Source: an uncultured Clostridia bacterium (GTDB lineage Bacteria; Bacillota; Clostridia; TANB77; CAG-508). From it: a DNA stretch of 64,000 nucleotides. Each line of letters begins with the position of its first letter. The stretch's first letter is position 1. The DNA is taken from positions 7,926-71,925 of the forward strand of contig CAKOVH010000006.1 of the NCBI GenBank assembly GCA_934121885.1, in the 5' to 3' direction. The position numbers and the translations under genes were made by a program. The notes under the pieces are model-generated. The model was given only the letters and a program-made list of their open reading frames with translations, had not been told where the DNA came from and searched no databases. Shown here piece after piece: positions 32,301 through 40,370 of this stretch.

Positions 32301-33960
32301 CAGAATCTGCTCTTTGTCCATCAGGAAGAGTTTCCTTACCACCTTTTTCATCTTCCCATACTATTCCTTCAATATCCATTGTGATGTCTATATTTTCTAT
32401 TTCTAATTCTTGTTTATAAAGACTTCTTACTGCATCTGCTGCAATTAAGTTTTGTACAACAGAATCTGATGAAGAATAACTACAATTATATGGTCCACAA
32501 TCTTCATAACAATTAGGTCTTGTATGTGTATGTTCTGTTTTATAACAAGTCTTTTGTATTGTATTTCCTTTTTCATCAGTAGTAGTTCCGTTACATTCCT
32601 CAGTATGTGTGTGTTCAGTTTTTCTACAACTTAAATGGTCATGGTCTACTCTTGTCCTTGAATGTGAAAAACTAATCTGATGTTTTTCACCTTTATAATA
32701 TGTATACTCACCATTAGCTAACATATATTTGAATTCTACTTTTAATGTAATATATGAAACCCTATTTGGATCATCTACACTTAATCCTGCATTTGGATCA
32801 CTAAATATAATTTGAAAATTTTGGTCTGTTTCTGGATATACTTGTTTTGTTTCATCAACTTTTGAAACATTTTCTGGTTCAAAATATTTTGGTGTTTCAG
32901 CACTTCTATCAAGATTAGTTGCTTTATCTACTAATATAATTTTTTCTATTTTTATATTATCTTTTACCAATTTCTTTTCACTATTATATCCAACTACTAC
33001 CATGTTTGATATTCCTGAAAAAGATATTCCACTTTTTCCATCTCTATTTTTTCCGTTTTCTTCTGTATATTTTATTTGAAATGGTCCTACTGTATACTTT
33101 TTATTTTTCTGATCTACTTTTGTTGTAACATCATCGATACTTGTTAAATCTTGAGGGTTTAATCCTTGATCTTTTCGTACAATTTCATCGTAATCTGCAT
33201 AATTTTTAGCTGTTTGTGTTAAAGGAGATTGACTTATAGTAGTATCTGATGTAGAAGTAACCAAACCTCCATCATATCCTGTTCCTCCTAAATTCCAAAT
33301 AGCTCCTTGCTTATCTTTTGTCCATTCTCCATTAGGTTCATTTGATGCAATATATGCTAATGCTGGAGGCAATTTTACAGTTCTTTTAGCTGTCCATTTT
33401 ACAGGTGTCCAATAATGTCCAATGTTTATTCCATTATACAACAATCCAGTTTGCCAGCCTCTTGAACCGCTAATATTCCATTCGCTACCATCAGGGTAAA
33501 CGTTATGTGCTACATATCCGCCTTTTCCTCCATTATATTGCTTTTCTAGATAAAATTTATCATAATGGTTTAAATAGCAATCACCCTTCTTATTATTTTC
33601 ATCAGCAAGTTGTGTATAATATTCATTATATGTTATATCCCACACATATGGTATGTGTGCATCAGGCTGAATACAATAAACTTGATATCCAGCTTTTGCA
33701 GGTACACGGGTATTAGTACCATTTGTGTGTCTATATGCATTAAAAGTATAACTATCATAAGTCCATGTTCCAAAATTAGTCTTATAAGAATATGTATTAG
33801 GGTCTTTTTCACCATTTATTAATGTTCCTGGACTTGCAGTATTAGTTGTATTTCCTGTTTCTGCACTTGAAATATTTCTAGTTATATAAAATATTCCAAA
33901 AGTAGTAAGTAATACTAAAAATATAGATAATAAACATATTTTTATAATTTTATTTTTCAT
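29311..33960 (-). CDS. Giant secreted cell-surface protein (1549 aa) with Cna-B/SdrD-B-type domains, a Cys/His-rich insert and a C-terminal TM anchor. Paralog 1 of 3.
   Basis: Signal peptide 'MKNKIIKICLLSIFLVLLTTFGIFYI'. Cna-B-like segments 'IPVILYDEDNKVVEQKSTDGEGKYKFEKLDAMKKYYVEFKY' and 'IAGIEVQLVEKTVWDINNPKGEYVWATTETASDGTYKFDSYIPGDYVIRFKY'. C-terminus 'VIILPPFGASPIYYILGITIGLILIGGITLIIKKVLRK', with no LPXTG. Start is 17 nt after the paralog-2 stop with an AAAGGAGGG RBS, so they are co-transcribed. Confidence 0.8.
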   Translation of the reverse strand: MKNKIIKICLLSIFLVLLTTFGIFYITRNISSAETGNTTNTASPGTLINGEKDPNTYSYKTNFGTWTYDSYTFNAYRHTNGTNTRVPAKAGYQVYCIQPDAHIPYVWDITYNEYYTQLADENNKKGDCYLNHYDKFYLEKQYNGGKGGYVAHNVYPDGSEWNISGSRGWQTGLLYNGINIGHYWTPVKWTAKRTVKLPPALAYIASNEPNGEWTKDKQGAIWNLGGTGYDGGLVTSTSDTTISQSPLTQTAKNYADYDEIVRKDQGLNPQDLTSIDDVTTKVDQKNKKYTVGPFQIKYTEENGKNRDGKSGISFSGISNMVVVGYNSEKKLVKDNIKIEKIILVDKATNLDRSAETPKYFEPENVSKVDETKQVYPETDQNFQIIFSDPNAGLSVDDPNRVSYITLKVEFKYMLANGEYTYYKGEKHQISFSHSRTRVDHDHLSCRKTEHTHTEECNGTTTDEKGNTIQKTCYKTEHTHTRPNCYEDCGPYNCSYSSSDSVVQNLIAADAVRSLYKQELEIENIDITMDIEGIVWEDEKGGKETLPDGQRADSEKPVNNIPVILYDEDNKVVEQKSTDGEGKYKFEKLDAMKKYYVEFKYNGQQYENTIYTDQLDDKHSIATETTSDRDLLNKKFEEIDGNEGYTVEQLRYDDQRTQYYNEPGIFTLSAFTGSDGKDALVKYPKHDQFVIGKDIKTVSGTTYKAVYDDNDSIKHIDFGITQRIEFDMALKKDLYVATLKINGKTEVYGYDNKLANSEDGQQANSDAGYAGWTINVVGGYERNLDDADWNFKGKNGNANGLLEVYATYKVAVRNQSMSMLGHATTVYDYYDSTFEYIPSLSWQSKTNYKKDKETRDKLQDSFEKGNVAEWGAIPKASDNKKGTITIDVDKKQESGETQYIYLTFKLKNDSNGQVSLGDKINKAEIGAFKTYYKGGKTTLPHYNGENSYKVTGDNMIAGRVDRDSIPSSMGKNGQPGRNELYDEDDEDTAPALNVKLTGNTRTLNGTAWEDERTVNEGNAMIGNGIMDNKETKIAGIEVQLVEKTVWDINNPKGEYVWATTETASDGTYKFDSYIPGDYVIRFKYGEGLSGADKNNGKSYNGQDYKTTTYQAGIDQTPTTDLDGRYKGYLDANNQNETGEYGFNIATKKDNVSNAKDIWSVREQINNYSKTNVTNGIAEILSILYETPSYNGNKYSASEVEALRQELIKNTTATAESGVVVVEVESNLQSESENGNPSYKLENINIGLVERPKAQLEINKSITNIKVTLANNTVLFDVNKKGDNVVWKGHTEYNLADKKKNDKYEVYYGKDGKNRYSYREEVNNLVKNADKGLVQLTMDEELMHGATIEITYRIAVANVGEVDYDGKEFYYKGKQSGNVVTTNANQVVDYVANNLQFNSSDSRNSGWSVISKDNLINQNLVNAKLTDNVSKFNTIIQTSELSKDLKPGEVNEKTLVLSQLITAENKSDDLTYRNITEIVSTSNIVGRRMAYSVVGNQNPLEDAQEVDASVAEKVIILPPFGASPIYYILGITIGLILIGGITLIIKKVLRK

Positions 33961-33977
33961 CTTTTTCCCTCCTTTCT

Positions 33978-36900
33978 TTAAACATTCTTTTTATTTAAAA
34001 TTCTTTTTTTAATTTCAATTATTCCAAATCCAAGAAGTATAACAACTCCTAATGTAATCGTTGTATATGCTATAATTTTACCAGTTACAATTGATATAAC
34101 AATATCTGCCCTTGATAAATCGTCCTCATCAGTTACTCTGTTGCCTGGTGTTGAGTCAATATCTGTTAAACCTTGTTCATTATAACTTTCATAAATTTCA
34201 GCATTATTATTTAAAACTCCTAAAGCATTCTCTGTAATCTTCTTAGTGATAATTAAGGTTACTTCCTTTGATTCTCCTGGTTTAATAATTTCATTTGCTA
34301 AACTTGCATTATATACATTTCCGTTTTCAGATAAATACCAATCTTTATTTAGTTCTGTATTAAATCCTACTCCTTCTGGTAAATAATCTACTATTTTCTT
34401 AACATATCCAGGAATTGCACCTTCGTTTGTAACTACTATTTTGTATTCAATAATAGCACTACTCTTTCCTAAATTACTTCCTAATACTTCTATTTTACCA
34501 ACTCTTGAGTTTTCATATGTATATGTTTTTGTTCCTATTGTTGGTGTTGTTAAAGCTATTTTACTTACATATTTGTCCAATTTCAAATCGAATTTTTCTG
34601 CTGAATACACACCAATGTCAATATCTCTTACATGATTATTTGTAATCTCTATAGCATCTGTTGTAGCTGCAATCGTTCTCTTTCCATCTAATGTTATATT
34701 AATATTAATTACATCTGAGTTTAGTGATGTATCAACATCTTTTGCTTGATATGTTGTTAAGCTATATCTTGATGCATCATATAGGAATATAACAATATAT
34801 TCTCCTTGTGGTAAGTTATTAAATTCATATTTTCCACTACTATTAGTTGTTGTAATTTTATCTGAATTTGTATCTATATCTTTTACAATAGAGTTATCCT
34901 TTTTGTTTAATAGTATTACAGATATTCCTGGTAATATTGATTCGTCTGCATCACGTTTACCGTCCTTATTACTATCTATCCAAGCAGTTCCTGTAATTTT
35001 ATATCTATTAGTACTAGGTTTTGAAGGATCCGTTTCTGTTTCTCCATTTTCATGTATTTTTTCATAATATTCAATTATATTTGTAACTGTATTTGTTTCT
35101 ACTTCAGTAAATCCCTTTGCTGAAACAGCAACTTTATTTTTGACTTCTTTGTCATTTTTATTTGCTAATAATTTTGCTTTTGCAAATATTTGTATATCAA
35201 CACTATCGCCAGCTAGTAAAGGATCTATTTTTATTAAAACCTTTCCATTTGTTTCTTTTGTTACTATTTGCTCTTTTTCAGCATACGTATATGTAGCTTT
35301 TACAAAGTATAGTTCATTTGGTAATTTATCAGATATTATAATATCTCTTACTGAATTACTACCTTTATTAGTAATTTTGAAATTATATGTAACAGTTTCT
35401 CCTTCTTTTATATATTTAGAAGATGCTACCAAATTTGTAAACTCTAATTCAACCTTTTCAGTACGATACTCTAAAACATTAGAGCATTGTTCTTCTATTT
35501 CATCTGCTTTTACTTTAGCATAAAATGTTGCCTTTCCATTTGGTTCCTTTATTTCTGTGTTTAAAACAATAGCTTTGCTACTTTGTAACGTTCCTATATT
35601 AACTATAACAATGTTATTTTCTTCATCATATTCTACCCCTTCTGTAACCCCTTCATCATCTAATACACTATTTTTAATAATAGCATCTTTGAATTTAACT
35701 CCTTTTGTTAATGGGATAGTAACAACCGTATTTTTTAGCTCATCTGCTACCATATAAGTATTTCTTATTTTAATTCTATGCTCAATTATCATTCCACTAT
35801 TTAAGACCATATCTTCTTTAGTCCAGCTCTCAATGTTAATATCTATATTGCTTTGTCTTACTGCTAATTTCACTTCATTAGAAACTATCTTTCCAGATAT
35901 ATTGCTAAAAGTAATATCAACTTTTGAAATAATATCTGAAGAAGCATCACTTGCAACTTTCATGTCATATGAAACCTCTTTCGTTTGTTCTTTTTCAATA
36001 GCACCTACTTCAATAGTTTCTGGTGTAATAGATTCTACATTTTCTGGTTTAGTAATATTTACCTTAACATTATCCGCCGTTAAAGAGCCTATATTCTTTA
36101 TTATAACTTTCATTTTAATTGTCTGGCCTCTCCTAGCAACTGTTACTCCTTCAGGTAATACTGCTGAAAGTTCAGCTGTTAAAATTGCACCTTTTCCTGT
36201 TGTCATTCCCACAATTGCTGAATTTTTAGATTCTGAAATTGTTCCAATTGTTGAATTATTATTATAATATACCTTGTACATTTCATATACATCATTGTTA
36301 TGTGTCAAGTTAGCTGGAATTTCTACATCATATGAAAATTTTAATGTTCCACCTGCATTCATTTCATATCCATTCATTACTATTAAATATGACTTTGCTC
36401 CTGTTGTTGCTGTTTCTGTCCATCCATTTGCAGTATTGCTTAATTCATTTGTTGCATCTGTATTTTCTGAATAATATACTTTATATTTTGAAGAATCTAT
36501 TCCACTTAATGTTATATTTGTTTTTAATGTTGTACTAAATGTTGAGCCAAATGCTTCTGCTGTATCAATGTTTTTGTTATCTTTTGTAGGAATTCTTCCT
36601 AATATAACTATATTTGATATTTTATTAGAATAGTTATTTATAACTGTACCATTAATTTTTGCTGTTCTTGCATCTGCATAAGTTGCAATTGTTCCTATTA
36701 CACCTTCATCAGATATTGATAATATATCACTTTTTCCTTCTGCATAATTTGATATTCCATTTGCTGCAACAACTCCGTTAGGTGCTACAAAGTTAATGTC
36801 TGCCTGAATTCTTCCAGATGTTGTTGTAGCTACTGTATTTGCATTTGTAAAGTCCATAACAATTTTATTACTATTGCTTGGAGTTAACGTATCTACTGTT

Positions 36901-38975
36901 AAATCTGTATTTAATATTACTATTGTTCCTTTATATTCTGCATCAATTGTATATTTTGTTTGTTTTCCTTCTAATACTACATTAATTACTTGTGCTCCAT
37001 TTTCTGTAGTAATTGTTGGATCTTTTAATTTTAATCCATTTGCCATTAATATATTATGAGATTTTAAATCTACCTTTTTAATATATGAAGGTAATTTTAT
37101 TTTTAATGTAGGATTTGTGTATAATGCATTACTTATACTTGATGTATCTAGAGTTGCTCTTATCTCAACATTTTCATTTTTTACAACTGTTGATAAATCT
37201 TTTTTACTAACACTTAATTCTACTACAGATTTTGCTTCTGTTAATGGAATATTTAATGTCGCAGATGCTGTATCTGTATAATATGTTTCATCTTGTTTCA
37301 CATCCAAATATGTTGATGTGCAAGATACACTTGTCTTCATATTTGTAAATGTTTTCATTTGTTCTAACGTATAACCTTGTTCTACATTAAATGCCTTTTC
37401 TACATATATTACTAATTTTCCTTCACCAATTGGTCCTCTTGTTTTTAAGTTCTCATCTTTTGAATATGCAACAAACATTATTTGATTGTTATTTGCACTT
37501 GAAATATCTACTACATAATTTCCATCACTATCTTTGTTAGTATCTTTGTTAATTGTTGCAAATTTTTTCCCATTTGTGCTACATATATCAATTGTTCCAT
37601 CTTCTCCTAGAATCTTCTTAAAGCTTAATTCACTTACTTTTATTGTTTTATTATATGCATAGTTGTTTCCAGATACTGTTGTAGGATAACTTGACGAACT
37701 TCCTGATATTTGTAAATCGTCAATATTTTGTGTAATTTTTAATTCTCCTCTTGTAGCTTGCGATTCATATACTATTACACCATATCTTGTCCAATATGTT
37801 GTTTCTTTTCTATCTGCTTCACTTGCACTATAATTTGCATATATTTGACCTTTACTTACAGACTCACTGCCTAATACTTCAGCTTTAATAAGGCTTACGC
37901 CTTCTTTTGGTGTAATTACATCTGTTTGTTCAGCATAGATTTTTATTCCGCTTGCTGATGTTTTTATATCATCATATTCGCTTACTTGAACATTTACATT
38001 ATATTTAAAAGTTGTTGGAAGTCCTTGTGATTTATTTATTGCATTTGATATCTCATCACTTCTATATACACAAGTGATAATATATTCATCTTCTTTGTCT
38101 TTTGCCCAGTTTATTATATTGTCGCCATTATTTACTATAATGCTTACTTTTCCCTGTTCTTGGTCATAAGTGTAATTATCTGGTCCGAAATTTAACCCTT
38201 CTTTATCACCATTAGTTGCTTCTGTGCTATTTGCAACAACTGCCACTTCTTTAGCGTTTGTTCCCAATATATCTGGTAGCATTACCGATATTTCATTTCC
38301 TTTAACAGGTAATTTTCCATAACTTATTTTTGTTTTTATTTGAACTATAATTCTTGGACTATCAGGATATATAATGCAATTTACCACTTCATTACTAACG
38401 TTCGTAACATCTTTCAATTGTTCTCCTAGTTCCCAAGTTAACTTATTTACTATTTCTTTTGATACACCTTTTTCTTTTCCATTTGCGTCTACATATGTTC
38501 CTTGGAAAATTGCTTTAGTTTCTTTAGCAAAAAAGTCTGATGAAACTGTATCACTTTCAAGTATTGAAACTGGAACCTCTATAGTTACATCTGAACCATT
38601 ATTTAATTGCTTTAATGCTATTATATTGCTTTCTTTATTTACACTTTGAACATTGCTATTTTCTATATTTCCTGCAATTTTAAAGTTTACATTATCAAAG
38701 CTTATTTGTGCATTTTTTAAGTATCCTGCATTTTTAACTTTTACATTAACAAAAAGTTTTGTTGTTGCATCATACTTGTTCTTTTCAGTGTGTCCTCCTC
38801 CTTGAAAATATGCATTAAATTCTACGTTAGAATTTCCAGTTGCTGTTGTTTGTCCTGCAAGCTCTGCGTCTGTAAGAGCATATGATATTCCATACATTCC
38901 TAAAATTGACAAATTTGCCCCCGCAAGTACAATAACTAACATTACTGCAATTAGTTTTTCAAATAACTTGTTCAT
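33978..38975 (-). CDS. Giant secreted cell-surface protein (1665 aa) with DUF11/'conserved repeat domain' and Cna-B-type modules and a C-terminal TM anchor. Paralog 2 of 3.
   Basis: Signal peptide 'MNKLFEKLIAVMLVIVLAGANLSILG'. DUF11-like 'GETVTYNFKITNKGSNSVRDIIISDKLPNELYFVKATY'. Cna-B-like 'ILPGISVILLNKKDNSIVKDIDTNSDKITTTNSSGKYEFNNLPQGEYIVIFLYD'. C-terminus 'ADIVISIVTGKIIAYTTITLGVVILLGFGIIEIKKRILNKKNV'. AGGAGG RBS at the start. Confidence 0.8.
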   Translation of the reverse strand: MNKLFEKLIAVMLVIVLAGANLSILGMYGISYALTDAELAGQTTATGNSNVEFNAYFQGGGHTEKNKYDATTKLFVNVKVKNAGYLKNAQISFDNVNFKIAGNIENSNVQSVNKESNIIALKQLNNGSDVTIEVPVSILESDTVSSDFFAKETKAIFQGTYVDANGKEKGVSKEIVNKLTWELGEQLKDVTNVSNEVVNCIIYPDSPRIIVQIKTKISYGKLPVKGNEISVMLPDILGTNAKEVAVVANSTEATNGDKEGLNFGPDNYTYDQEQGKVSIIVNNGDNIINWAKDKEDEYIITCVYRSDEISNAINKSQGLPTTFKYNVNVQVSEYDDIKTSASGIKIYAEQTDVITPKEGVSLIKAEVLGSESVSKGQIYANYSASEADRKETTYWTRYGVIVYESQATRGELKITQNIDDLQISGSSSSYPTTVSGNNYAYNKTIKVSELSFKKILGEDGTIDICSTNGKKFATINKDTNKDSDGNYVVDISSANNNQIMFVAYSKDENLKTRGPIGEGKLVIYVEKAFNVEQGYTLEQMKTFTNMKTSVSCTSTYLDVKQDETYYTDTASATLNIPLTEAKSVVELSVSKKDLSTVVKNENVEIRATLDTSSISNALYTNPTLKIKLPSYIKKVDLKSHNILMANGLKLKDPTITTENGAQVINVVLEGKQTKYTIDAEYKGTIVILNTDLTVDTLTPSNSNKIVMDFTNANTVATTTSGRIQADINFVAPNGVVAANGISNYAEGKSDILSISDEGVIGTIATYADARTAKINGTVINNYSNKISNIVILGRIPTKDNKNIDTAEAFGSTFSTTLKTNITLSGIDSSKYKVYYSENTDATNELSNTANGWTETATTGAKSYLIVMNGYEMNAGGTLKFSYDVEIPANLTHNNDVYEMYKVYYNNNSTIGTISESKNSAIVGMTTGKGAILTAELSAVLPEGVTVARRGQTIKMKVIIKNIGSLTADNVKVNITKPENVESITPETIEVGAIEKEQTKEVSYDMKVASDASSDIISKVDITFSNISGKIVSNEVKLAVRQSNIDINIESWTKEDMVLNSGMIIEHRIKIRNTYMVADELKNTVVTIPLTKGVKFKDAIIKNSVLDDEGVTEGVEYDEENNIVIVNIGTLQSSKAIVLNTEIKEPNGKATFYAKVKADEIEEQCSNVLEYRTEKVELEFTNLVASSKYIKEGETVTYNFKITNKGSNSVRDIIISDKLPNELYFVKATYTYAEKEQIVTKETNGKVLIKIDPLLAGDSVDIQIFAKAKLLANKNDKEVKNKVAVSAKGFTEVETNTVTNIIEYYEKIHENGETETDPSKPSTNRYKITGTAWIDSNKDGKRDADESILPGISVILLNKKDNSIVKDIDTNSDKITTTNSSGKYEFNNLPQGEYIVIFLYDASRYSLTTYQAKDVDTSLNSDVININITLDGKRTIAATTDAIEITNNHVRDIDIGVYSAEKFDLKLDKYVSKIALTTPTIGTKTYTYENSRVGKIEVLGSNLGKSSAIIEYKIVVTNEGAIPGYVKKIVDYLPEGVGFNTELNKDWYLSENGNVYNASLANEIIKPGESKEVTLIITKKITENALGVLNNNAEIYESYNEQGLTDIDSTPGNRVTDEDDLSRADIVISIVTGKIIAYTTITLGVVILLGFGIIEIKKRILNKKNV

Positions 38976-39008
38976 AGTAACCTCCTAAAAATTATTATCT
39001 CACACTAT

Positions 39009-39037
39009 ATTATACGACATTTTCAAGCATTTTTCAA
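39009..39037 (-). promoter_or_regulatory. Consensus sigma-A promoter (TTGAAA - 17 nt - TATAAT) for the giant-protein operon
   Basis: Reverse complement reads 'cattgaaaaatgcttgaaaatgtcgtataatatagtg'. On the plus strand, -10 is ATTATA at 39009-39014 and -35 is TTTCAA at 39032-39037. The 5'UTR is about 30 nt to the AGGAGG RBS. Confidence 0.55.
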
Positions 39038-39324
39038 TGTTTTTTTAGTTTTTCTTAAACTTTTTATGTATAATACTGCAAAATAATATATTTATTATTA
39101 ATTATATAAAATTTTAGCATTTTTTCGACATTTTTCAATGGCTTATATTGGTAAATTTCCCATAAAACGGAAAATTTACTTACGGAAGTATTTTCTTTAA
39201 TCTTATATTAAATTTATATTACATTTTTATTACAATTTTACATTTGCATATTTTTATCACATTTTTTAGAAATTCGAATATAATATTATAGTTTTATTAT
39301 CATATATTGTAATGAGGTGATTTT

Positions 39325-39492
39325 ATGAACAATCAAAATAATCAAATAAACATGGCACAGCTTATGTCTATGCTTTCTAAAATGGATAAAAAAGACTTAG
39401 AAAATGGGTTAAGTCAAGTAAGTAAAATGCTAAATTCTAAAGATGCAGATTCTATCATAAATGAAATAAGAAAAAACACGAATAATCAGTAG
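39325..39492 (+). CDS. Small hypothetical protein (55 aa), Asn/Met/Lys-rich
   Basis: Not in the ORF track (under 60 aa). ATG at 39325 is preceded by a GAGGTGA RBS. Sequence: MNNQNNQINMAQLMSMLSKMDKKDLENGLSQVSKMLNSKDADSIINEIRKNTNNQ. Confidence 0.4.
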   Translation: MNNQNNQINMAQLMSMLSKMDKKDLENGLSQVSKMLNSKDADSIINEIRKNTNNQ

Positions 39493-39518
39493 CCGTATAT
39501 TTTTAAGGAGGAATTATT

Positions 39519-39914
39519 ATGAATGATGATATGTCTAATCTTATGGAGCAAATTAATAATATGATGAAGAATAATCAAATTCCAGATGATATTAAAAATA
39601 TCATAAATAGTATGTCTCAAAATTCATCAAATTCAGGAAATACAGATTCTAAAAATAAAGATACTTCATCTTCTGAAAATACTTTCTCTGATTCTTCTAT
39701 GCCCGAATTTGATATGGCAACAATTATGAAGCTAAAACGTGTTATGGAATCTATGAAATCTAGTTCTAATGACCCCAGAGCAAATTTGCTAAAATCACTA
39801 AAACCTTATTTGAAGGAAAGTCGAAAAGAAAAAGTTGATCAATATATACAAATTTTTGGAATGGGTAAAGTTTTTGAGATGCTTAACCCTTTAGGTGGTG
39901 ATTCTCGAAAATGA
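39519..39914 (+). CDS. Small hypothetical protein (131 aa). Low-complexity Ser/Asn-rich centre and conserved-looking C-terminal region.
   Basis: AAGGAGG RBS. The N-terminus 'MNDDMSNLMEQINNMMKNN' resembles that of the 55-aa ORF. C-terminus 'ANLLKSLKPYLKESRKEKVDQYIQIFGMGKVFEMLNPLGG'. Confidence 0.5.
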   Translation: MNDDMSNLMEQINNMMKNNQIPDDIKNIINSMSQNSSNSGNTDSKNKDTSSSENTFSDSSMPEFDMATIMKLKRVMESMKSSSNDPRANLLKSLKPYLKESRKEKVDQYIQIFGMGKVFEMLNPLGGDSRK

Positions 39915-40252
39915 TGTATACATATCCATATTATGGGTTTCCGAGAAGGTACACAAGATATAATGCATATTATCCACAGTCTGCTAAGGAAAATATGACT
40001 AGTTATCCACACAATTCACACATAAATTCCGAAAATACTAATAATACAAGCAAAACCTCCTTAGCACTTCAAAATGTAGAAGCCTCAAAAGAAAATAGAG
40101 ATTCAGCTCCTGATAAACCTTTATTTGAACTATTTGGTATAAAATTATATTTTGATGATGTCCTTCTTATTTGTCTTATATTCTTTTTATATCAAGAAGG
40201 TGTCCAAGATCAGTACTTATTTATTAGTTTAATACTTTTGCTACTTAGTTAG
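39911..40252 (+). CDS. Small hypothetical protein (113 aa): Tyr/Pro-rich N-terminus and a C-terminal hydrophobic segment
   Basis: Overlaps the previous stop (ATGA). 'MMYTYPYYGFPRRYTRYNAYYPQ...' then 'VLLICLIFFLYQ...LFISLILLLLS'. Confidence 0.45.
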   Translation: MMYTYPYYGFPRRYTRYNAYYPQSAKENMTSYPHNSHINSENTNNTSKTSLALQNVEASKENRDSAPDKPLFELFGIKLYFDDVLLICLIFFLYQEGVQDQYLFISLILLLLS

Positions 40253-40261
40253 TATTTGGAT

Positions 40262-40318
40262 ATAAAAAGTGAACCATCATTATTAAACTTTTTGGTCTAA
40301 TAATAATGGTTCACTTCA
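40262..40318 (-). terminator. Rho-independent terminator immediately downstream of minC
   Basis: 17-bp stem (gtgaaccatcattatta / taataataatggttcac, 1 mismatch) at 40269-40285 and 40298-40314 with a 12-nt loop. A U-tract follows on the minus strand (plus-strand 'ataaaaa' at 40262-40268). Confidence 0.6.
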
Positions 40319-40370
40319 AATGGAAAAACACTTTTTTAGTGTCCACTCCATTGGCTACATTTTATTTTTA

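Noticed and set aside
29311-38975. Many 60-170 aa plus-strand ORFs in the track lying inside the giant minus-strand genes (for example 31254-31592, 35140-35523, 35833-36267, 36332-36538)
   Set aside because: They are antisense to long, well-supported CDSs. They have Leu/Phe/Ser-rich composition typical of reverse-complement reading of AT-rich codons, no RBSs and no motif content. They are treated as spurious.
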